Shown here: positions 53,485-63,581 of the stretch, piece after piece
How positions within the stretch are numbered: the first letter of the stretch is position 1
How the letters are laid out: each line of letters begins with the position of its first letter
Assembly: GCA_040392565.1 (NCBI GenBank)
Contig: JBEBVW010000001.1
Location: 1,197 to 65,196, forward strand
Length of the DNA stretch: 64,000 nt
Reading direction: 5' to 3'
Source of the DNA: Aeromicrobium sp.
GTDB lineage: Bacteria > Actinomycetota > Actinomycetes > Propionibacteriales > Nocardioidaceae
Notes under the pieces: generated by a model
The model's database searches: none
Seen by the model: the letters and a program-made list of their open reading frames with translations, nothing else
What the model was told of the DNA's origin: nothing
Made by a program: the position numbers and the translations under genes

Positions 53485-54290
53485 TGCTCTGACCCCTCCT
53501 CCAGCACCGTGGCGTGGCTCAACTTCAATCGTGCTTCGTTGATCTTCTTCAACTGCAGGTAGTCCTTGGTCTTGACGTTGAACCCGATCCCGGTACGGTC
53601 GGCCCGCGTCTGCCAATACTGCCCGAGTTGGCCGTCGTTCATCCGATCTTTGAGCCGATCAGGGTTACCAATTGCGGCAATCACGTACGGCGGCTCAATC
53701 GAGCGGTAGTTGACCGTGATCGATTGGCCAGCTACTCGGATGGAACTCAAGGTGCCCAGACGTTGTCCGTTGATGCTGATGGCCTCGGCCCCCATCGACC
53801 ACAGTCCGTTGGCCAGCGTCTGTAGGTCCCTGTCGCTCACATCACCCGGTCCACCGTCATTTGCCGCCGGCGCAAGTGTGATCTGCAGGCCTGGCCCACT
53901 GACGTCCGATCCGGCCGTTCGGGCGAGCAGCGCTGCCAACGCCGGATCGGTTTGATCTGCCTCGGCAGACAGTTTGGCGACCTCTTTCGTCAAGCCGTTC
54001 ACGGTTGCCTTGCGCTGCGACTGGACGTCTTGTCGCACCTGAACGTCTTCGGCAAGCGCAGCGCGTTGCCGGTCCGACGAAGGCCGGTCGAGCTGGGTCT
54101 GAACGGCAGCCACGGTGACCATGAGGGCGAAACAGGCGGTTGCGACCCCCGTCAGCAGACGGTCGACGCGGGTCGGAGAATCCGGCCGCACCACGTAGTA
54201 GTCGTCGTCCAGCGCCTGCTCGGCGATCTGCTCCAGCAGGCCTTCGGCACGCTGCGTCAACAGACTTTCAGAACGGTCGACTTCGCTCAC
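53481..54290 (-). CDS. DUF881 family protein
   Basis: DRDLQ..NGLWSMGAEAISINGQR, PPYVIAAIG. Confidence 0.87.
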   Translation of the reverse strand: MSEVDRSESLLTQRAEGLLEQIAEQALDDDYYVVRPDSPTRVDRLLTGVATACFALMVTVAAVQTQLDRPSSDRQRAALAEDVQVRQDVQSQRKATVNGLTKEVAKLSAEADQTDPALAALLARTAGSDVSGPGLQITLAPAANDGGPGDVSDRDLQTLANGLWSMGAEAISINGQRLGTLSSIRVAGQSITVNYRSIEPPYVIAAIGNPDRLKDRMNDGQLGQYWQTRADRTGIGFNVKTKDYLQLKKINEARLKLSHATVLEEGSEQ

Positions 54291-54862
54291 GTCGCGACGC
54301 GCTCCGTAGTGACCAGAAGCCGCCTTACTTGGAAGGCATAGAGGATGCCAGCCCACCAGTACAGCGCAACACCCCAGACGGTGAAGGCCCACCCGAACAC
54401 GGTGGCCAAATCGGCGACAGTGCCTTCGCCATCACCCAAGAGCAGGAGCGGGAAGGCGTATAGCAGGCCGGCTGTCGCGGCCTTGCCCAAGAAGTGGACC
54501 GGCAGCGAACTGTAACCACGGGTGCGCAAGAAAGGAACGAGCCCGAACAGGAACACATCGCGCAACGGCAAAATGATCGCCAACCACCACGGAATGATTT
54601 CGCGCATTCCAAGTCCGAAAACCACCGCCAAGATGTACAAGCGGTCGGCCACCGGATCAAGGATCGCGCCGATCTTCGTGGTCTGATTCAGCGTGCGCGC
54701 GAGTTTGCCGTCGAGGTAGTCGGTCAATCCCGAGAACATCAACACCAGCATGGCCAGTTCATCGTGCTCGGGTCCAAGCACCAACCAGAGGAACAGCGGA
54801 ACCAGCAAAATGCGGACGAAACTCAGTGCGTTGGGGATTGTGAGCAGGCGCTCCCTTGCCAC
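54287..54862 (-). CDS. pgsA2: CDP-alcohol phosphatidyltransferase
   Basis: TIPNALSFVR, DYLDGKLAR..G..LDPVAD; AGGAGG SD before GTG 54862. Confidence 0.88.
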   Translation of the reverse strand: MARERLLTIPNALSFVRILLVPLFLWLVLGPEHDELAMLVLMFSGLTDYLDGKLARTLNQTTKIGAILDPVADRLYILAVVFGLGMREIIPWWLAIILPLRDVFLFGLVPFLRTRGYSSLPVHFLGKAATAGLLYAFPLLLLGDGEGTVADLATVFGWAFTVWGVALYWWAGILYAFQVRRLLVTTERVAT

Positions 54863-55048
54863 CTCGCACCTCCTAGCGCACCTCGCCGCAAACCGTCTCG
54901 GACAGCCTAGGACATGACACTGAACGCCTACGTGTTGCCACGCGGTCATTGCATCTGTGGCTACGCCTGACAGGATGGAAGCAAAGACAACAGAACGACT
55001 GGGGCCATCACCGGCCCCGCCGACAAGTGAATGGTCCCAGGAGGACTC

Positions 55049-55666
55049 GTGGCTGATTACACACTTCCCGATCTGCCGTACGACTACGGTGCACTCGATC
55101 CTGCTATCTCCGGCAAGATCATGGAGCTGCATCACACCAAGCACCACCAGAACTACGTCAACGGTCTGAACACCGCGCTGGAGAAGCTCGATGAAGCTCG
55201 CGCGAGTGGCAGCTACGAGACGATCAACATGCTGGAGAAGAACCTCGCGTTCAACCTCGGCGGACACATCAATCACTCGATCTTCTGGAAGAACCTGTCG
55301 CCAGAGGGTGGAGACAAGCCCACCGGCGAACTGCAGGCCGCGATCGATGACAACTTCGGTTCCTTCGACGCCTACCGCGCACAGTTCGAGCAGGTCGCTC
55401 TGGGCATCCAGGGCTCCGGTTGGGCCATCACCGCGTGGGACACGCTGGGCCAGAAGCTCGTGATCGTGCAGTTGTACGACCAACAGAGCAACATCCCGGC
55501 CACGTTGGTGCCCATCTCCCAGCTCGATATGTGGGAGCACGCGTTCTACCTCGATTACCTCAACGTCAAGGGCGACTACGTCAAGGCGTTCTGGAACATC
55601 GCTAACTGGGCCGACGCCCAGGAACGTTTCACCGCAGCAACCTCGGGCGGCCAGATCATCTTCTGA
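55049..55666 (+). CDS. sodA: Fe/Mn superoxide dismutase
   Basis: [32 protein letters not shown]. Confidence 0.95.
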   Translation: MADYTLPDLPYDYGALDPAISGKIMELHHTKHHQNYVNGLNTALEKLDEARASGSYETINMLEKNLAFNLGGHINHSIFWKNLSPEGGDKPTGELQAAIDDNFGSFDAYRAQFEQVALGIQGSGWAITAWDTLGQKLVIVQLYDQQSNIPATLVPISQLDMWEHAFYLDYLNVKGDYVKAFWNIANWADAQERFTAATSGGQIIF

Positions 55667-55681
55667 TCTACCTACCCCGCG

Positions 55682-55722
55682 AAGCCGGCGCACTCCCCCA
55701 CACGGGATGGCGCCGGCTTTGT
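55682..55722 (+). terminator. Intrinsic terminator after sodA
   Basis: aagccggcgc/gcgccggctt stem followed by a T-rich tail. Confidence 0.7.
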
Positions 55723-55753
55723 CGTTGTCCGGCTTTGTCGTTGTCCGGGGTTG

Positions 55754-57721
55754 TCAGGCGTTGGGGTCGCGGCGCTTTCCGTGCTCGGCCAAATCGCGCA
55801 GGTGCGCGTTATAGGCCTCAAGCTCAGCGTCATGGTCGCGATCAGCCTTGCGGTCGCCACGCTTGGCTTCGCGTGCGTCGCTGCGGATCCACTGCACGAA
55901 CAACGCACCCATGACCAGCAGCAACGGGACTTCGCCCATGGCCCAGGCGATCCCGCCGCCCAGATATTGATCTGCCAACAGGTCGGTGTTGAACGGGCGA
56001 TCGAGCAATCGCCAATAGTCGCCAGCGAACACCGTGTCCGCAGACATGACGGCAATCGCAAAGAAAGCGTGGAATGGCACCGTGACCAGCAAGAGACCAA
56101 ATCGAAGCAGCGGCTGAAGCGCGCGTGGCGAGGGGTCCACGCCGATCAGCACGTAGTAGTACAACGAGCCGACAGCCAGGAAGTGCACGTCCATCAACAG
56201 GTGGCCCCAATGATTCGACATCAGCGACTCGAACAATGGGCTGAAGTACAGCGCGTAGAGGCTGCCGGTAAACAGCACTGGAGCGACGATCGGATGCGTG
56301 ATGAACCGGGACCAGCGCGAATGCAGCAACGTCATCAACAGATTGCGCGGCGACACCTCATGGGGACGTCGTGGACCAGGGAGTGTGCGCAATGCCAACG
56401 TCAACGGGGCGCCGAGCACCAGGAGAATCGGCGCCACCATCGACAGCACCATGTGTGCCGCCATATGAGCGCTGAACATGACGTGTGAGTAAGAACCGAG
56501 ACCACCGAATGTGGCCCATCCGATCATCACCAATCCAGCGCACCAAGACAACGTGCGGGCCCACGACCAACTATCGCCGCGGCGCTTCAACACCCGAACT
56601 CCAGCCACGTAGAACGCGAGGCCGAGGCCCACGAGGGTCAGACCCACACCGTTGGCGTTCCATCCGAACAAAAGATTCGAAAGATCGGGCGCCGGTGGCA
56701 TAGGCCGGCCAAGCAGCAATTCGGCCGGACCTTTCAAGATTTCATCGCCGACAGGCGTTGGGGTGCGCGACAGAGCAACGCCCAGGCCAATCGCGGCGGC
56801 CATGACGAGCAGTTCGCTCACGGCGAGCCGCGCAAAACCGGCGCCAGCTGCCACGATACGGCGACGCTGGGCCCAGCCAAAGATGCCCAGCACGACGAGG
56901 AGTGCAGTTTTGAGAGCGACCAGCAGCCCATAGTCGCTCCCCCAGATCTGCGAAATCGAGCCCAGCCGAATCCCGGCGTTCACGACGCCCGACACGCCGA
57001 CCAGCACGAACGCCCAGGTGGCGACGGTGGAAAACCGGGCGATCGCTCCCTCGAGTCGCTTACTGCCGCGCCCGGCCACCCAAGCGAGCGCCGCGAGGCC
57101 GCCGACCCACATCGTGATGCCGATGATGTGAAGCATCAGGCTCATGGTCGCCAGCGAATGCGAACCTGCTGACGCCGCGTGGCCGGTGAAGGTCACTGGA
57201 GCGAGTGTCGCCAGAGCGATCCCGAGCACAATGGCGAGAGCACGAGCGTTCAACGTCCAACGGGTGGCGATCGCAACGATGGCGGCGCCCACAGCCTGAG
57301 CGATGAGCGCTCTGCCCAGCGAAGCGTCGGCGAACAATGACCAGAGCAATCGCGGAGTCAGTTCATCGAGAGGCGCAGCGAAGACGTCGCAGACGGTGGC
57401 GACGTACAGCACCAGAGTGCTGAGGCACCACAGCCCGGCGAACCGAGATGCCCAGCGCACGGCCTGCACCGAGAGTCCTTCGACTTCTGGCCCGTTGCCC
57501 GGCAACAGGAATACCGCAGCGATGAGGAAACCAATGACCGCAATGGCTGCCAGGTCGGTCGCCAGCGTCGTAAACGGAACAGCCCAACCAATGAACAGTC
57601 CCGGGTCAGGCAATCCGGCTGGCGCCGGCTTTGGGGCTCCCCCGCCCATCTCCAAAGCGAATCCCACTGCGCAGATGGCAATGAGGAACCCGGCTAGAAC
57701 ATCACGCGTCGTCCGCGTCAT
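55754..57721 (-). CDS. CopD + CtaG (caa3 oxidase assembly) fusion membrane protein
   Basis: GHAAS..H..WVGGL, RFS (CopD); HMAAHM..P, HP, WAMGEVP (CtaG). Confidence 0.87.
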   Translation of the reverse strand: MTRTTRDVLAGFLIAICAVGFALEMGGGAPKPAPAGLPDPGLFIGWAVPFTTLATDLAAIAVIGFLIAAVFLLPGNGPEVEGLSVQAVRWASRFAGLWCLSTLVLYVATVCDVFAAPLDELTPRLLWSLFADASLGRALIAQAVGAAIVAIATRWTLNARALAIVLGIALATLAPVTFTGHAASAGSHSLATMSLMLHIIGITMWVGGLAALAWVAGRGSKRLEGAIARFSTVATWAFVLVGVSGVVNAGIRLGSISQIWGSDYGLLVALKTALLVVLGIFGWAQRRRIVAAGAGFARLAVSELLVMAAAIGLGVALSRTPTPVGDEILKGPAELLLGRPMPPAPDLSNLLFGWNANGVGLTLVGLGLAFYVAGVRVLKRRGDSWSWARTLSWCAGLVMIGWATFGGLGSYSHVMFSAHMAAHMVLSMVAPILLVLGAPLTLALRTLPGPRRPHEVSPRNLLMTLLHSRWSRFITHPIVAPVLFTGSLYALYFSPLFESLMSNHWGHLLMDVHFLAVGSLYYYVLIGVDPSPRALQPLLRFGLLLVTVPFHAFFAIAVMSADTVFAGDYWRLLDRPFNTDLLADQYLGGGIAWAMGEVPLLLVMGALFVQWIRSDAREAKRGDRKADRDHDAELEAYNAHLRDLAEHGKRRDPNA

Positions 57722-58247
57722 CGCGCCTCCTCAACGGTTCCAACAGCAGGACGATGGCAATGCCAACGGCAAGGATTCCCCAAACAAGGTGCGATCGGTG
57801 CCGGTGAACGAAACTGCCTTCGTCGCTGGTTTCGTTGGGCGGTGGCGCGGGCGTGACTTCCTTGCCCGTGGTCACCTCATAGCTGATCGTGCCTTCGATC
57901 GGATGGCCGTCGGCCGACACCACTCGGTAGGACGCCGAATATGTGCCCTTCTGACCCGCCTGACCGATCTTGGCGGTCACCGTCGCGTCGACGGCTCGGA
58001 CGTCCGAGACCTTCACTGCTGACCCATCGGGGGCCGCCAGCACCACCGCGGCGTTGCCGACCGGCTCACTGAACGAGAACGTCAGTTCCGTCGGTTCAGC
58101 ATCCAGACTTGAGCCGCCCTCGGGAGTGGTCCCGATCAGTCCGGCATGGGCCGAAGCCGTCGGCGCCGGGCCGAACGCAAGTGCGCCGACGGCCAGCGTG
58201 CCCGCAAAAGCGAGCACGCTGGCCACTCGAAGTAGCTGGCTACGCAC
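57702..58247 (-). CDS. copC: Copper-binding protein CopC, membrane-anchored
   Basis: Signal peptide then A/HAGL..P, YRVVSADGH; C-terminal TM. Confidence 0.9.
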   Translation of the reverse strand: MRSQLLRVASVLAFAGTLAVGALAFGPAPTASAHAGLIGTTPEGGSSLDAEPTELTFSFSEPVGNAAVVLAAPDGSAVKVSDVRAVDATVTAKIGQAGQKGTYSASYRVVSADGHPIEGTISYEVTTGKEVTPAPPPNETSDEGSFVHRHRSHLVWGILAVGIAIVLLLEPLRRRDDADDA

Positions 58248-58929
58248 GTGTCCGATTCTTCTTCACCGAAAGAACGAGAGCGACGGCGGCCAGTCCAAGT
58301 GCGATCAGCGCAATTGGATCAGGTCCCGAATCGTCATTATCGGTTTCGGTGGCTGAATGCTCAGTTGCCTTCGCCTCCGGGCCGTGGTGACCACCGCCAG
58401 TGGACTCAGTCAAGGTCAACATCGGCGCCGGATGTTCCGGCTCGACGTCTCCCGTCTGAACGGTGTTCCATTCCACAACGGTTCCATCTGCGTACATCTG
58501 AGTCGCGGGGAGAACCAACTCTTCGGCGTCCGGCAGTGGCCCACCGGAGATGGCGAACGTGTCAAAACCAGCGACAGGAATGCCGTCACCCGTCGCAGTC
58601 CAACTCACTTCTGTCACAGCTTTGGTGAGTTCCAACTCTCCCGCCTTAACTGGCTTGGGCAACTTCGAGGTCGTCGTGCTCACCTTCCAGCCCGGCTTGG
58701 ATTGGACACTGACGCTGGCCAGCGGCGTATCGGTGGGGATGGAAATCGCGACCTTGGTAGTAGCCGAGGTATCGGACTCATTAGGCACGCGGAACGTGAT
58801 CATCCCGTATCCCCCACGTTCGGAGGAGGTGGAATCGACACTGACGTGCGCGGCGGCCGGGGCGGCTAGCGAGGTCAGTGCAACGGTGAGTGCAAGGGCA
58901 GCAGTACGCCACCCGATCGTGCGGGTCAT
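58240..58929 (-). CDS. ycnI: YcnI / DUF1775 copper-binding protein
   Basis: AAA/HVSV, FRVPNE, PGW, Q.Y.DG..V.W, HPAP; C-terminal TM; start ATG 58929. Confidence 0.88.
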   Translation of the reverse strand: MTRTIGWRTAALALTVALTSLAAPAAAHVSVDSTSSERGGYGMITFRVPNESDTSATTKVAISIPTDTPLASVSVQSKPGWKVSTTTSKLPKPVKAGELELTKAVTEVSWTATGDGIPVAGFDTFAISGGPLPDAEELVLPATQMYADGTVVEWNTVQTGDVEPEHPAPMLTLTESTGGGHHGPEAKATEHSATETDNDDSGPDPIALIALGLAAVALVLSVKKNRTRA

Positions 58930-58967
58930 ATTTTCAGTACTTTCTGTGTTCGTAAGAAGGATGTAGT

Positions 58968-59492
58968 TCAGGCGGCCCAAACGGGCGGGCCTCGAACTCC
59001 GATCGATCCTCGAAAGACAGAAGGCGTACAGCGCCGGACATCTGCCGTCGGCGCCACAGAGTTGAGCTTTGGAATCGCGACGACGGGGATGGGTCGCTCC
59101 AGCAACCGCACCGAGCGCAACGATCGCAAAACTCGGGCAAGTTGCCAGGCCCAACGTTCAGCACGCACCAGCACCAACAACGTCATGACAGTCGCGACGC
59201 CGTGTGCCGCCAGCATCGGTAGTCCACCCACTGTGGGATCGCCCGCAGACGCGACGGCATGCACGAGCCCCTGACACAGCACGAGGAGCCCGAGCAGTTG
59301 GCTGGTGCTCACGCGTCGTGACGTCAGGGGCCAAGCAATTCCTGCGGCAACGACGATCAGAACCGTCGCCGTGAGTGGCGTGACAATGCCGCCTGTGGAG
59401 AGATGAACAGCGATGGCAGTGGCCGTGCTTAGGGTCGCAGCAGCAGCGGTCCGGGCGAGGCGCCACGGACTCTTCACGCTGGTGGACGCCAT
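58968..59492 (-). CDS. 4-TM leader protein with intramembrane His residues and C-terminal RGPP (putative arrest peptide)
   Basis: H30, C73/H78, M93/H97 in hydrophobic segments; RGPP at residues 167-170; TAGTCT -10 six nt before the ATG. Confidence 0.75.
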   Translation of the reverse strand: MASTSVKSPWRLARTAAAATLSTATAIAVHLSTGGIVTPLTATVLIVVAAGIAWPLTSRRVSTSQLLGLLVLCQGLVHAVASAGDPTVGGLPMLAAHGVATVMTLLVLVRAERWAWQLARVLRSLRSVRLLERPIPVVAIPKLNSVAPTADVRRCTPSVFRGSIGVRGPPVWAA

Positions 59493-59552
59493 GCCCCCAG
59501 ACTATCGGCGTCAAATCTGTCGTGAACCGCTACCTCGGGCTACCGTGAGGCA

Positions 59553-60764
59553 ATGACGGACTTCACCTCCACGCTGACCTACATCACCCGCGATGAACAG
59601 TGGGGAGCCCACAACTATCACCCGCTTCCTGTCGTGATCGCCGAAGGTGAAGGTGCGTGGGTGACTGATGTCGAAGGTCGGCGCTACCTCGACTTCCTGT
59701 CGGGCTATTCGGCGTTGAACTTCGGTCACCGTCACCCTGCTTTGATGCAGGCCGTCCACGAACAACTCGACCGGCTCACTCTGACGTCGCGCGCCTTCCA
59801 CAACGATCAATTCGGTGCGTTCTGCCAGTCGTTAGCTGAACTGACCGGAACCGACATGGTCCTCACCATGAACACCGGTGCAGAGGCCGTTGAGTCTGCC
59901 ATCAAGGTGGCGCGCAAGTGGGCGTACGAGGTCAAAGGGGTGCCCACGGACGCCGCAGAGATCGTAGTTGCCGCTGGAAACTTTCACGGGCGGACGACCA
60001 CCATCATTTCGTTCTCTGACGACCCCGTCGCACACGACAACTACGGTCCGTACACGCCCGGCTTCGTCACTGTGCCCTACGGCGATCTTGAGGCAGTTCG
60101 CGCCGCTATCGGTCCCAACACTGCGGCAGTGTTGATGGAACCGATTCAGGGCGAAGCCGGCGTCATCGTTCCCCCTCCTGGTTTCTTCGCTGGTGTGCGC
60201 GAACTCTGCACCGACAACGACGTGCTGCTGATCGCCGACGAGATCCAATCTGGTCTGGCTCGCACTGGGAAACTCTTCGCCCTCGACCATGAGGGCGTAC
60301 GTGCTGATCTCTACACGCTTGGCAAGGCGCTCGGTGGAGGCATCGTTCCGGTGTCTGCTGTGGTCGGGCGCGGCGATGTGCTCGGCGTTTTGAAGCCGGG
60401 GCAGCATGGATCGACCTTCGGCGGTTATCCAGTGGCGTGCGCTGTCGGCCGAGCAGTGGTTGATCTGCTCAGCACCGGCGAGTTCCAGGCACGTTCAACT
60501 GACCTCGGCAACCATCTCCATGAGCGACTCAATGCGCTCGTCGGGAACGGTGTTACTGCCGTGCGTGGGCGTGGATTGTGGGCTGGAGTCGATATCGATC
60601 CGGCCGCTCGCACGGGCCGTGAAGTGTCCATGGCATTGCGGGACTCGGGCGTCCTGTGTAAGGAAACGCACGAACGAACCCTGCGGATCGCTCCCCCGCT
60701 GGTGATCACTCGCGACGAGATCGACCAGGCGATGGACGCCCTCACCTCGGCGATCCATGGCTGA
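59553..60764 (+). CDS. rocD: Ornithine--oxo-acid aminotransferase
   Basis: AHNYHPLPVV, YSALNFGH, EPIQGEAG, DEIQSG, GKALGGG. Confidence 0.94.
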   Translation: MTDFTSTLTYITRDEQWGAHNYHPLPVVIAEGEGAWVTDVEGRRYLDFLSGYSALNFGHRHPALMQAVHEQLDRLTLTSRAFHNDQFGAFCQSLAELTGTDMVLTMNTGAEAVESAIKVARKWAYEVKGVPTDAAEIVVAAGNFHGRTTTIISFSDDPVAHDNYGPYTPGFVTVPYGDLEAVRAAIGPNTAAVLMEPIQGEAGVIVPPPGFFAGVRELCTDNDVLLIADEIQSGLARTGKLFALDHEGVRADLYTLGKALGGGIVPVSAVVGRGDVLGVLKPGQHGSTFGGYPVACAVGRAVVDLLSTGEFQARSTDLGNHLHERLNALVGNGVTAVRGRGLWAGVDIDPAARTGREVSMALRDSGVLCKETHERTLRIAPPLVITRDEIDQAMDALTSAIHG

Positions 60765-61323
60765 ACCGCAGATTGATGTGCGTCCCGGCACCGCTGCCGA
60801 CATTGACGAGTTGGCCGAGCTTGCGGCGCTGACGTTTCCGCTCGCCGCTCCCCCGCACGTCACCGCCGAATCGCTGGCGACCTTCATCGATCAGCACCTT
60901 TCCGCGTCCCGACTGCAGGACTACTTGGCGGATCCAGCGCGACAACTCACCGTCGCCACCTCTCCAACGGGACGACTCATCGGGTACACGCTCCTGGTCT
61001 TTGCGCAGCCTCAGGATCCCGATGTGGCGGCGATCGTTCAATTCGAATCCGCTGTCGAAGTCAGCAAGGTCTACGCCCATCCGGCTGAACACGGGAGCGG
61101 CGTCGCGCGGGCCCTCATAGACGACGCCATCGCCGGTGCATCAGAACGGGGTGCCACCGGAATGTGGCTCGGCGTGAATCAGGAAAACGTCCGCGCTCAG
61201 CGCTTCTACGCCAAATGCGGATTCGCCCGCGTTGGCACCAAAAGGTTTCAAGTCGGCGCCGGGCTAGAGCACGATTTCGTGTATGCGCTCGACCTGTCAG
61301 ACGTCGCCGTCGAGAGCATCTAG
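60757..61323 (+). CDS. GNAT acetyltransferase (PaiA-like)
   Basis: SKVY..HGSGVA, WLGVNQEN.RAQRFYAKCGF. Confidence 0.87.
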   Translation: MAEPQIDVRPGTAADIDELAELAALTFPLAAPPHVTAESLATFIDQHLSASRLQDYLADPARQLTVATSPTGRLIGYTLLVFAQPQDPDVAAIVQFESAVEVSKVYAHPAEHGSGVARALIDDAIAGASERGATGMWLGVNQENVRAQRFYAKCGFARVGTKRFQVGAGLEHDFVYALDLSDVAVESI

Positions 61324-62007
61324 GGTTCCTTCGTCTGCCGCGGTGCGGTTGCGGCTCAGCAGCCACCCCATCACGACGAACGCGCCTACCTGCAGCGGCC
61401 AGCCCATCAAGATTTTGGACGTGCCCAGCAAGCCCACCTGGTGGTCGAGCCACAGCGGCAACTGCACAGCAACGCGCAGGATGCACGGGGCCGCGAGTAC
61501 CCAGGTCAACTGGCTGCAGAGTCGGACCAACGGCTTATCGCTGTGCCACGCAGTGGGGTCGCCGGCGACACTGCCTACGAGGAATCCGACCAGCGGCCAG
61601 CCGATCAGGATCGTGAAGATCAGCACCACGGCGTAGCCGCCGTTGTACAAGATTCCGGGCGTGAAGAACGCGCGCGCCGCGTCTTCTGGTGTTCCACCTG
61701 CCGAGGCCGCACGCGCCGCAAAAACGGCAGCGATCGCAATCCCGAAGAGTGCGTTGAGCGCGAACTGCACCGTGGATCGCTGAACCACCCGGGCCACGAC
61801 GGCCAGCGCGGCAACCGCCACGCTGATGATCAACGACAGCTTGAGATCGTCCGTGGTCAGGAACAGCACAGTGAAGAGTGCCGTGGGAACAGCGCCTTCG
61901 AGGATGCCTCGACGCCCGCCCAGGGCTTTGGCCAACTGGCTGCGCACCAATTCTTCGACGGTGCCCAAATCAGGCGCGGCAGGACGTGGCGATTCTGATG
62001 AGGTCAT
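61297..62007 (-). CDS. DUF3159 membrane protein
   Basis: LGGRRGILE, WPLVG, KILMGWPL; conserved dut-region synteny. Confidence 0.85.
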   Translation of the reverse strand: MTSSESPRPAAPDLGTVEELVRSQLAKALGGRRGILEGAVPTALFTVLFLTTDDLKLSLIISVAVAALAVVARVVQRSTVQFALNALFGIAIAAVFAARAASAGGTPEDAARAFFTPGILYNGGYAVVLIFTILIGWPLVGFLVGSVAGDPTAWHSDKPLVRLCSQLTWVLAAPCILRVAVQLPLWLDHQVGLLGTSKILMGWPLQVGAFVVMGWLLSRNRTAADEGTLDALDGDV

Positions 62008-62011
62008 CTGG

Positions 62012-62404
62012 TCAGGCGAGGTCGTAGCGCGGGTTGTAGACGATGCGCTCGTCGCGCCGCCTGCCAAGACGCCCGTGCACCGTGAGCTGGCGACCAGGAA
62101 CGATGCCGTCAATCCGGCGCCGGCCTAGCCAGATCAGGGTCAGCGAGTCTGATCCGTCGTATAGCTCTGCTTCCAACGCAGTAACGCCATCGTTGGGGCG
62201 CAGGGTCACCGACCGCAGTTCTCCGTGCACCGTCACGATGTCGCGGTCGACGCAACCCGAAAGAGGCCCGCATCCTGCCTGCGCGGCCTGCTGCTGCAGA
62301 TCGCGATCGTCAGAAGTCAGCATGGTGCGTGCACGACCACGGCTCAGCAGACGGGAAACCATATCGTTCAATCTACTCGGCGTCCGTAGCGTCTGGCTCG
62401 GCAT
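62012..62404 (-). CDS. OB-fold nucleic-acid-binding protein
   Basis: LEAELYDGS..LIWLGRRRI.GI.PG, NPRYDL; start uncertain. Confidence 0.85.
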   Translation of the reverse strand: MPSQTLRTPSRLNDMVSRLLSRGRARTMLTSDDRDLQQQAAQAGCGPLSGCVDRDIVTVHGELRSVTLRPNDGVTALEAELYDGSDSLTLIWLGRRRIDGIVPGRQLTVHGRLGRRRDERIVYNPRYDLA

Positions 62405-63053
62405 CGGCGTCCGAATCTGCCTCTGGAACCACCGCAGTAGTTGGCGGCGTCAGCAGCAGCGCTTCACGCGCCATCATGGCCTGTTCGCCGCGAACAACGA
62501 CAACATCGCGCAGTACGTCGATCAGCGGGTCGTCGTTCGAAGGAGAAATCGCTGAACGCCCCAGCAGCGTGGCCCGCAACATCCAGCGAGGGCCCTCGAC
62601 GCCGATGATCCGGCTCGGTTGGAATCCGGCTTGGCCGTCTTCTGTGGTGACCGGAATCTGGATATGCAATTCGGGGCCGAACGGGCCGACGATTTCTGTC
62701 TGGTCGCCCTCCATCCGGACCACCTCTTCGACGATGTCGGCGCGCACGAGATCCCACTGGCCCGACGACCGTGGGGCCGCGAAGACTCGCAGTTCAAGGG
62801 CGGATTCGTCCGCGAGCACGAGGGCTGCGCCGATGCGGTCGGTGTCCCCGTCGGACTGCAGCCGGATCTCCATCCCGGCTCGTCCCCGAATCTGCAAGGC
62901 ACCCAGGTCGACGTAGGACGGATCATCGGCAGTCTGTCGCTCGGTGGTATCCCACGGTCCGGCTGATCTCAGCGGCGGACCAACGGTTGCGTCCTCCGAT
63001 GTTTCCGGTGCTTCGTGGTCATCGTCAGTCGAATGACGCTTCAACCAGCCCAT
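62373..63053 (-). CDS. DUF3710 protein
   Basis: GPWD, DLGAL, FAAPRS, GPFGPE, GVEGPRWMLR. Confidence 0.88.
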   Translation of the reverse strand: MGWLKRHSTDDDHEAPETSEDATVGPPLRSAGPWDTTERQTADDPSYVDLGALQIRGRAGMEIRLQSDGDTDRIGAALVLADESALELRVFAAPRSSGQWDLVRADIVEEVVRMEGDQTEIVGPFGPELHIQIPVTTEDGQAGFQPSRIIGVEGPRWMLRATLLGRSAISPSNDDPLIDVLRDVVVVRGEQAMMAREALLLTPPTTAVVPEADSDADAEPDATDAE

Positions 63054-63064
63054 GTTCTTGTCCC

Positions 63065-63520
63065 CTATTCAGGTTCCGACGCAGATTCAACGCCTGTGGA
63101 ACCGTAACCCCCTGCGCCACGCGCGGTGTCGTCGAGGGAGTCGACTTCAACGAATGCGGCCCGCTCGACGCGTTGGATGACCAATTGCGCGATGCGATCG
63201 CCGCGAGTGACGGTGAATGAGGAGTGCGGATCGTGATTGATCAACAGCACCTTGATTTCGCCTCGATACCCCGCGTCAATCGTGCCTGGTGTGTTCACAA
63301 TCGACAGCCCGTGTTTGAAGGCCAGTCCAGAGCGCGGATGCACGAACGCGGCAAATCCATCTGGCAAAGCCACAGCGATCCCGGTGGGTACCAATGTGCG
63401 CTCACCGGGTTCAATCACAACGTCGACCGCGCTGACTAAATCAGCGCCAGCGTCACCCGGATGGGCATAGGACGGTAGCGGCAACTCAGCATCTAGCCGT
63501 TGGATTGCGATCTCAGGCAC
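63065..63520 (-). CDS. dut: dUTP diphosphatase
   Basis: [37 protein letters not shown]; GTG 63520. Confidence 0.96.
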   Translation of the reverse strand: MPEIAIQRLDAELPLPSYAHPGDAGADLVSAVDVVIEPGERTLVPTGIAVALPDGFAAFVHPRSGLAFKHGLSIVNTPGTIDAGYRGEIKVLLINHDPHSSFTVTRGDRIAQLVIQRVERAAFVEVDSLDDTARGAGGYGSTGVESASEPE

Positions 63521-63581
63521 GCCAGCGAGCCTATAGCCCCCGATCACAGTTCGATCAGCCGTTCGGCTCTAGGGTGGATCT

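Noticed and set aside
54863-55693. Long N-terminal extension of pgsA2 in the ORF track
   Set aside because: Antisense to sodA; the real start is GTG 54862 with an AGGAGG SD
55713-55748. 16-bp direct duplication after the sodA terminator
   Set aside because: Local slippage of the terminator tail; no evident function
61297-61323. 27-bp convergent overlap of GNAT and DUF3159 3' ends
   Set aside because: Common in compact genomes; no further signal
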